Below the pieces are notes generated by a model that did not search any database, was not told the DNA's origin, and was given only the letters and a program-made list of their open reading frames with translations. The position numbers and the translations under genes were made by a program. From an uncultured virus (IMG/VR IMGVR_UViG_3300032326_001267) (Duplodnaviria; Heunggongvirae; Uroviricota; Caudoviricetes): a DNA stretch of 64,000 nt. Positions 57,271 to 64,000 of this stretch are shown in pieces. Each line of letters opens with the position of its first letter. The first letter of the stretch is position 1. The stretch lies in IMG/VR virus record IMGVR_UViG_3300032326_001267. One strand, written 5' to 3'.

Positions 57271-58365
57271 TTATTTATGATATAAAATTTTTTCTATATT
57301 GTCAATTATCATTTTTGGTGTTATTGATTTAGAACATTCATATGCTCTATCTGTATTTTTAAGTTTTGGACACCACCACCAATCTGTTCTATCAAAATCA
57401 TATCTATCATCACTCCAACATCCATGACACACATTTTTGTTTATTACTCTAAATGGAGTGAAAAATTCAGTTGTTTCTTTGCTCATTCCACTAACCAATA
57501 TACATGGTTTGTTTAAACACCATGCTAACCAACTCATACCAGATGAAAGACCTATAAAAAATTCACTATTATATAACAAATTAATAGGTTCATTTAAATC
57601 AACTGAGTTACATAATTCAATGTCCAGATCAGGATCATTTATCAGATCCACAGATTCTTTTTGTAAAACTACTACCTTATATCCTTTAGAATTTAAGTAT
57701 AAAACAATTTCTTTCCATCCGTTTGTATATTGCCATTCTTTACAAAAAGCGGTTGATTTTGTAGATATACAAACATATTTTTTATCAATTTTTCTTGCTT
57801 TGTTTTGTACTTTTAATGGTGGAATAAGTTCTTCAAATTTTAACCCTAATATGTTTGCACAGATTTCTTGATTGTTTAATGACTTCCATTTAACTTTATT
57901 ACCATTTTTATTTTCAAAGCATCCTATTGGATATGCTGCGTACAAACCGTGAATAGAAGTACCGGGTTCAACAAAATTAATATCAGGATAAATGTCTTTG
58001 AAAAGATAATTGAAAAAAGTTGAACAGTACATTATACAGTTGTGTTTTTTTCTAAATTCTTCTACATATGGAATCCATCCTAAATTGTCACCCAATGAAT
58101 TGCTATCAAACCATATATAAACACGTTTACCACTTGGATTGTAATCAATCTCATCAACTATTAATTTTGATTTGAAATCAATAATTCTTATTTTATAATC
58201 AATGAAATAAGTATATGAACTCTTACACCACATATTGGATGTAATAACATCATCATACATGATTTTGTTTGTGTCTTTATCTATAAACTGAACATAGTAC
58301 TTATTATCTACATCAGATAGTATTTCACAAAAAGCTCCATCTACAAAATTTATATTATACTTCAT
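57271..58365 (-). CDS. GT9 / TibC-Aah-like heptosyltransferase homolog
   Basis: SLGDNLGW, FIGLSSGMSWLAW, EFFTPFRV, VCHGCW...WCP...ECS. Confidence 0.8.
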   Translation of the reverse strand: MKYNINFVDGAFCEILSDVDNKYYVQFIDKDTNKIMYDDVITSNMWCKSSYTYFIDYKIRIIDFKSKLIVDEIDYNPSGKRVYIWFDSNSLGDNLGWIPYVEEFRKKHNCIMYCSTFFNYLFKDIYPDINFVEPGTSIHGLYAAYPIGCFENKNGNKVKWKSLNNQEICANILGLKFEELIPPLKVQNKARKIDKKYVCISTKSTAFCKEWQYTNGWKEIVLYLNSKGYKVVVLQKESVDLINDPDLDIELCNSVDLNEPINLLYNSEFFIGLSSGMSWLAWCLNKPCILVSGMSKETTEFFTPFRVINKNVCHGCWSDDRYDFDRTDWWWCPKLKNTDRAYECSKSITPKMIIDNIEKILYHK

Positions 58366-59536
58366 GTTTGATTGTAAAAATTATGTGTCTGAAATAAGAG
58401 TAATATGAAAAATAAGGAAAATAAGTAGATATATTTGACTTGAATTTATTCAATTTTTCAGTCAAAAACGCATCTCTTGATGAAATATTAGGGTGTATAT
58501 TTTCATTTAAATAGTATAAATTTATATGCATTTTTCTATTGAATATCTTTAATTGACTCAATAAACTACAAAAACTATCTTCACTTTCAAAATAGTTTAA
58601 CACAATTGCATACTGTTCAAAACCACTGTATTTGTTAAAATCAATCTGTTTATCAATATATACGTTTTTAATTTTATTCTGTTGATCTACACTTAATCTT
58701 GGAGATATAACGCATACGTTTTTGTTTAATTCATTTATGTCAAAGTATATCAGTGAATTAAATTCTTTATAACACTCATTATAATCATATATAGGTTCAT
58801 ATGAATTGGTTTTACATTTATCATATCCAACGTCAAAGTTTCCGTTAAAATTGTCCTTTACTGCAGAATGTGATTCAGAGTCTGTTCTATAACTCCATCT
58901 GTACAAGTTTCTTGGAACATGTAACCACTTTCCAAATCCATTTGAGTACATTGTGTGATATGAATCTTCTGCGCATGCATCAAAGTCTTTTATCTCAAAA
59001 TTCAATTCTTTTAAATTTTTAAAACATCTTCCGTGACCAAGACAATAATAATTCAAGTTATTCAAATAATCTACCGTTGGATGAAAGTGTTCTAGTTTTT
59101 TATGTAAAACGTCATCATTTCTGATAAAACCAATAGAATGAACTTGGTTATCAGATTCATTCATTTTTTTATAATCACATGATAAAAGTGCAACGTCTGG
59201 GTATTTTTTTGCTAAATGATTATAAACAGTCAATATGTTAAGATCTACTAAATCATCACTATCAACCAACAGAATGTATTCATAGTCAGATGGAATCATA
59301 GAATTTGGTTTCCAATACATTTGTTTTTTATATTGTTGTTCCAAATATACAATTCTGTCATTTCCTTTAATTTTGTTTAATAACAGTTGTTTGGTGTTAT
59401 CAGGACTAAAATCATCAGTAACAAACCAAGTCCAATTAGAATAATTGATTGACATTAAGTTATCATAAATCTGATCTATATAACGCTCAGATTTATAAAA
59501 TGATGTATAAATTGCAAACTTTAATTCTGTGTTCAT
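58355..59536 (-). CDS. Glycosyltransferase family 2
   Basis: IYTSFY, TDDFSPD, VDSDD, AED. Confidence 0.8.
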   Translation of the reverse strand: MNTELKFAIYTSFYKSERYIDQIYDNLMSINYSNWTWFVTDDFSPDNTKQLLLNKIKGNDRIVYLEQQYKKQMYWKPNSMIPSDYEYILLVDSDDLVDLNILTVYNHLAKKYPDVALLSCDYKKMNESDNQVHSIGFIRNDDVLHKKLEHFHPTVDYLNNLNYYCLGHGRCFKNLKELNFEIKDFDACAEDSYHTMYSNGFGKWLHVPRNLYRWSYRTDSESHSAVKDNFNGNFDVGYDKCKTNSYEPIYDYNECYKEFNSLIYFDINELNKNVCVISPRLSVDQQNKIKNVYIDKQIDFNKYSGFEQYAIVLNYFESEDSFCSLLSQLKIFNRKMHINLYYLNENIHPNISSRDAFLTEKLNKFKSNISTYFPYFSYYSYFRHIIFTIKHEV

Positions 59537-60528
59537 AACAAATTTGTTTTAAATAAATAGGTAATTGTTTTAGTTACATCTTCTACTGAAGAATGACATT
59601 CAAATGTAGGTTTGTTTTCTAAACATTCAGTCAACGGTGGCACATTATTCATGGTACCCCATTCTCTAACCCCATATTTCATATTATTTGTACAAAACAG
59701 ATCACATTTTCCTTTTACATATAGATACTTGTAATTCCGTGTTCCTTTTCTATACGGTGAAGAAAATCTTGGGTCTTTTGCACTTCCTAATTGAAGTATA
59801 AATGTATCAGTAGTACCAGCAAGATGTAACAAACCAGAATCAAGAGTAATAAATAATTTTGCATTGTTCAATAAATGCCATGTATCACTCAAATCTAATT
59901 GGTCTGCTAAATCTAATCCGTATAAATTATTGAACTTTTTTATGTGTTTTTCTGTTACTAAATTTACCTCTTGTTGAACAGTTGTTTTGCCTGTTATCAC
60001 AGTAAAAATGTTATTTTTTGCCAAAAAGTCAACAAGTAGTTGCCAGTTTTCATATTTCCAAGTTCTGTTGGACCAGTTAGTGGACGGGTGAATAACTACA
60101 TAGTCTTTTGGTAATTGTACGGTATTTGAATATTTATTTGGAAAAAAGTCACAATGCAATTCATCATCAAACAATTGAAATCCCAAATCATTTGCATGAA
60201 TTTGACGCAAATCTACTAATTGAAATTTTCTTTCTACACCAAATTGATTTTTTTGACCCGGTAAAACGTAAGTTTGAAAATACTCAATTTCATTATTTAT
60301 TAGATGATTCCAATCTTTATTTTTGAATTTTTCATTGAATTCTTCATAACTATACAGTTTGTCAATATAAGGATTGTTAATCCAAATTCTTTTTGTTTCA
60401 CTAGGAACAACCACATTTATTTTTTTGTTGTACACAAAAAACATTTTACGTAATGATGGTGTTGCACATAGAGTGTCTCCAAGAGTTCTACAGTTGACTG
60501 ATAAATAAACATCTCTAGGTTGGATCAT
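59533..60528 (-). CDS. GT9-family glycosyltransferase
   Basis: LGDTLCATP, IHP..W..RTW, LDSGLLHLA, C..FC...C...FEC. Confidence 0.8.
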   Translation of the reverse strand: MIQPRDVYLSVNCRTLGDTLCATPSLRKMFFVYNKKINVVVPSETKRIWINNPYIDKLYSYEEFNEKFKNKDWNHLINNEIEYFQTYVLPGQKNQFGVERKFQLVDLRQIHANDLGFQLFDDELHCDFFPNKYSNTVQLPKDYVVIHPSTNWSNRTWKYENWQLLVDFLAKNNIFTVITGKTTVQQEVNLVTEKHIKKFNNLYGLDLADQLDLSDTWHLLNNAKLFITLDSGLLHLAGTTDTFILQLGSAKDPRFSSPYRKGTRNYKYLYVKGKCDLFCTNNMKYGVREWGTMNNVPPLTECLENKPTFECHSSVEDVTKTITYLFKTNLL

Positions 60529-60607
60529 AACAGATATTACATATAAAAATTTAAATTAAAAAAATCAATTTATCCCAAATAAAAATACGTATAATCATAG
60601 GTTACAG

Positions 60608-61180
60608 ATGAAAAATTTATACCACATAGTTACTAGATTTACGAGAAGTGATATCAAATGGTTAGATAATTGTTATAAAAGTATTATAAATAATGATATA
60701 AACTATAAGTGGTATATAATTGGCACTGAAGATTATGTTGACGTTTCTAAATATAAAAACACAACATATTTAAAGTTTCCTAATAAACCCAATTGGAAAA
60801 ATCTATGCAACTACTATTTGGATGTAGTACCAGATGAAGGTCAGTGGTTTTTCATATTAGATGATGATAATTTATTGCACCCAAACTTTAATAGGTTAGA
60901 TGACAAAATACATTCTAATACTAAATTGGTAATAATGAGCCAACTGTATGAACCAGATAGAGTGAGAGTTGCATGTGAACAAAACATAATGGTCCAAAAA
61001 ATTGATATGGCACAGTTTTGTATCAAAAGAGAGATAATTAATGATTTGAGATTTTGGGAAATATATAGAGGTGATGGTTATTTTATTATGGAACTATACA
61101 TAAGATGTAGAGAGTATGGAATACAATCACAAATATTTACTGAAGTTTTTTCCTACTATAACGCACAACATTGGATATGA
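60608..61180 (+). CDS. GT2-like protein
   Basis: ILDDDN, IDMAQF, GDG.F, YYN. Confidence 0.6.
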   Translation: MKNLYHIVTRFTRSDIKWLDNCYKSIINNDINYKWYIIGTEDYVDVSKYKNTTYLKFPNKPNWKNLCNYYLDVVPDEGQWFFILDDDNLLHPNFNRLDDKIHSNTKLVIMSQLYEPDRVRVACEQNIMVQKIDMAQFCIKREIINDLRFWEIYRGDGYFIMELYIRCREYGIQSQIFTEVFSYYNAQHWI

Positions 61181-61875
61181 TAAATATTGATAGTATAGAT
61201 ATATTAAAACTCAAAGAACAGTTCAAAAATCACAATAGAATTATCATTAATAACTTTTTATTGAATGATTATGCTGAATCTTTATATGAATTTTATAATG
61301 AAAAAATGCCATCTAACTGGTGGCATGCGTCTTCTTATCCTTCTTTTACTAGAGGAGAAGCACATGAATTTATACCAGTAATAGATGAAAACTATCACAC
61401 AATACAAATAAATAAGTCCTATTCAAATAAATGTTTGAATGATAACATCTACTCCTATTTCTTTTACAGAACAATGCCTCATGCTGAAGGATGTAATTGT
61501 ACACACTGTTCTATCCACAACTTTTTATGTACGCCAAAAATGGCTAACATATTGAATGAAATCACAGATTTAAACATAGAAAAACCCACAACAATATTTG
61601 CAAATAAATATACATCAGACTGTTTCTTGGCAACTCATACAGATGATGGAAACGGAAGACTGGCATTTGTTCTTCATTTAACAAAGAACTGGAATCCATG
61701 TTGGGGTGGTCTTTACATGGATCATACAGACCCAAATAACATCAAAACAGTAATTCCAAGTTTTAATAAAATGGTAATGTTTAAAGTAGGAAATAATCAA
61801 ACTCCACATAGTGTTAGCTGTGTAACTAACAATTTAACTAGAAAAAGAATATCAGTAACAGGATGGTTTAATTAA
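61177..61875 (+). CDS. 2OG-Fe(II) oxygenase (prolyl-hydroxylase-like)
   Basis: HxD (HTD), WGG.L, P.FN, HSV, RISVTGWF. Confidence 0.85.
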   Translation: MINIDSIDILKLKEQFKNHNRIIINNFLLNDYAESLYEFYNEKMPSNWWHASSYPSFTRGEAHEFIPVIDENYHTIQINKSYSNKCLNDNIYSYFFYRTMPHAEGCNCTHCSIHNFLCTPKMANILNEITDLNIEKPTTIFANKYTSDCFLATHTDDGNGRLAFVLHLTKNWNPCWGGLYMDHTDPNNIKTVIPSFNKMVMFKVGNNQTPHSVSCVTNNLTRKRISVTGWFN

Positions 61876-61878
61876 AAT

Positions 61879-62958
61879 ATGAAAAATTTTTGTATATTAA
61901 CATTGACACATGAATCAAAAAATAGACCATCTTACTTAAAAGAAACGGTTGATTCATTTTTGAATAATACTGAGTATGATGAAATAATTGATTGGTTTAT
62001 TTATATAAACAAATCAAATGAAGAATTTATTGTTACTTGTAATGAATTAATAGAAGAATATAAGGATAAAGTTGATTTCAAAATAGTACATTCCAACGTA
62101 AATAATGGTGTAGGATATGGAATAAATAGACTGAATGAACTTGGTGCAGATTACACTTACAGTCTTTTCTTAGAAGGTGATTGGAAATGTATGGCACCAG
62201 AAATAAGCGGTCAATCAAAAAGCTGGTTAAAAACAAGTTTAAAATTATTAGAGGAAAATAAAACTGTAGATGCTGTATTCTTAAGAAGATATATAAATGA
62301 TTATGAAAGTAGATCCACGGGAATATTAGGATATATGCATACAGAGGATTCTGTAGAACTTGAACTAGATGGATTGAAATATTTTATTGCTCCTATAGGT
62401 TCTTATACAAACAATCCGTTGATAAGAAGAAATAGTTCATTTTATAAGAAAAAAGTATTTCCACTTAAAGAATTTTTTGATGAAAACGGAAATCCTACAG
62501 AATTGAAGATAGACAATGAAATGTATCCAAACTGGGGAGCAGCAGAAATGGAAGCAGCGGCAGTATTACATTGCGGTCTTAATAATAAATCAAATACAAT
62601 GACGTATGCCTTTATCATGTGGGGCACTCATTGTCACATTGATCATCTAGGTGATTATGATCATGAAAATCAGTGTTTTTATGAAAAAGAAAACACAAAA
62701 GGTTGTAAAAAATATAAAAACGGACAATCTACATGTAAATTTGGATATTACAATATATCCCCTCATTTTTGTACATTGTGTAGTGCAGATACAAAACCAA
62801 TTAGTTTAGTACATCTATTTTCAATTGAATCTCAGATGTTGGATACATTAGAAATAAACAAAAATACATGGTCAGTTGATGAAAAAGTTGACTTTGTTAA
62901 AAATTATATAAAAAATGCTGAATTAAATGCGGAGAATTTTACTAAGTATTTTATATGA
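61879..62958 (+). CDS. GT2-like protein with Cys-rich C-terminus
   Basis: NNGVGYGIN, FLEGDW, TNNP. Confidence 0.55.
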   Translation: MKNFCILTLTHESKNRPSYLKETVDSFLNNTEYDEIIDWFIYINKSNEEFIVTCNELIEEYKDKVDFKIVHSNVNNGVGYGINRLNELGADYTYSLFLEGDWKCMAPEISGQSKSWLKTSLKLLEENKTVDAVFLRRYINDYESRSTGILGYMHTEDSVELELDGLKYFIAPIGSYTNNPLIRRNSSFYKKKVFPLKEFFDENGNPTELKIDNEMYPNWGAAEMEAAAVLHCGLNNKSNTMTYAFIMWGTHCHIDHLGDYDHENQCFYEKENTKGCKKYKNGQSTCKFGYYNISPHFCTLCSADTKPISLVHLFSIESQMLDTLEINKNTWSVDEKVDFVKNYIKNAELNAENFTKYFI

Positions 62959-63635
62959 TATCTTTTATAATTCCAACAATATGGAAAGCAGAAGAAATAT
63001 ATAAATCAATAGAACAATTTAAACGGATCAAAAATAAAAATGTTGAACTGATTATAGTTGACAATACCCACTCCAATTTTTATGATAGTGATCCAAGAAT
63101 CACAGTTGTCAAATGTTCAAAAAATATATTTGTAAACCCAGCTTGGAACATTGGCGCAAGATTGGCCAGAAACAAATATATTTGTTTGTTAAATGATGAT
63201 ATATACTTTAATTATATCTCACTAATAAACTCTTTTCCTCTATTCATTGAATCATATCCCAATTTAGGATTGATAGGATTTAATTATCATTTATTAAAAA
63301 TTGACGGTGAATTAAATAATGATAATGATAAATTAGAATTATTTGATACTACCGGGACGGTACCATATGCATATGGATGTTGTTTGTTTCTAAAAAAAGA
63401 TGATTATATACAAATTGATGAATCATACAAAATTTTCTATGGGGACACTCTTTTAATTGTATTTCTTATTGACAAACAAAAAAAGAGAATGTATTATATA
63501 GACAATATAAAATGTATTGGAAGAATAAGTGTAAGTAGTGATCCTCATTCTGAGGAAATGAATGATGAATCTCCTCTTTTTTCTGTACAATATCATAAAT
63601 TAATAAAATATGGACCAGACTATTTCAAAAAATAG
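62955..63635 (+). CDS. Glycosyltransferase family 2
   Basis: ISFIIPT, IVDN, VNPAWNIG, LLNDD, YGD. Confidence 0.8.
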   Translation: MISFIIPTIWKAEEIYKSIEQFKRIKNKNVELIIVDNTHSNFYDSDPRITVVKCSKNIFVNPAWNIGARLARNKYICLLNDDIYFNYISLINSFPLFIESYPNLGLIGFNYHLLKIDGELNNDNDKLELFDTTGTVPYAYGCCLFLKKDDYIQIDESYKIFYGDTLLIVFLIDKQKKRMYYIDNIKCIGRISVSSDPHSEEMNDESPLFSVQYHKLIKYGPDYFKK

Positions 63636-64000
63636 CAAAATAACAGTTTGTATATTTGGAAAACATATAGATGCGTTATTTTCAGAAAAAAATGCTCCTG
63701 AATATGAGGAGAATACATTTGAACTTTTAAATTATGAAAATGATCATCAATTAAATGATATCATAAAAAAGTATGATCCTCACGTTTATATTACATTTGG
63801 TGATTGGCAACAATACAAATTGTTGTGTAATGCTCCATATGAAATAAGAAAAAGATGGATGAACTATCCGTCTGATGTAAATTTGGATCAATTAGGAGTA
63901 GACGCATTAAATTGTTATATAAGTTCCACTTTTTGTTACAATACAAGTGATGGTGGACATCCATTAGTATCAGTGTTTACACCAGCATACAGATCTGCAC
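63610..64000 (+). CDS. GT2-containing protein (3'-truncated)
   Basis: ATG 63610, open to the window end, reaching PLVSVFTPAYRS. Confidence 0.7.
   Translation, partial: MDQTISKNSKITVCIFGKHIDALFSEKNAPEYEENTFELLNYENDHQLNDIIKKYDPHVYITFGDWQQYKLLCNAPYEIRKRWMNYPSDVNLDQLGVDALNCYISSTFCYNTSDGGHPLVSVFTPAYRSA

Noticed and set aside
293..62627. Many 60-230 aa ORFs nested in or antisense to long genes (e.g. 48706-49404, 57437-57871, 34753-35133)
   Set aside because: They fully overlap well-supported genes, mostly start at non-ATG codons and show no motifs.
1..64000. Stop-codon reassignment
   Set aside because: Standard code 11 gives full-length, tightly packed genes.
1..64000. tRNA or rRNA genes
   Set aside because: No cloverleaf or T-loop signatures were noticed in the few short intergenic gaps; no scan was run.

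Overview
This is an AT-rich (roughly 30% GC by eye), densely coding 64-kb segment of a large lytic myophage with T4-like core genes. The core includes gp41-like helicase, gp32-like SSB, UvsX/RecA, RNase H/FEN, a gp62-like clamp loader, NrdAB, a short PolA, tail tube, tail chaperone, tape measure and baseplate genes. Two very large glycan islands flank the core (1-18.9 kb and 55.5-64 kb). They hold about 20 glycosyltransferase-like genes, FkbM/SAM methylases, a radical SAM enzyme, a 2OG-Fe oxygenase, and fucose, rhamnose and 3,6-dideoxyhexose pathway enzymes. Four signals are not in the ORF track. (1) A start-less 70-codon ORF is reached through a T7 slippery run at the end of the tail chaperone, a likely +1/-2 programmed frameshift. 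(2) A recurring coding-strand TATTTAT(A) element precedes late-type genes and is distinct from the sigma70-like promoters on early-type genes. (3) Two perfect inverted repeats bury the start codons of a holin-like gene and the tape measure gene, with the TATTTAT element in the loop. (4) Several late proteins, including nucleotide-handling enzymes around the tail tube gene, share a KLKxLIxE-type motif suggesting capsid packaging. Mom-like and DruA/DUF4338-like genes suggest DNA modification. All functional calls come from motif recognition only; no searches were run.
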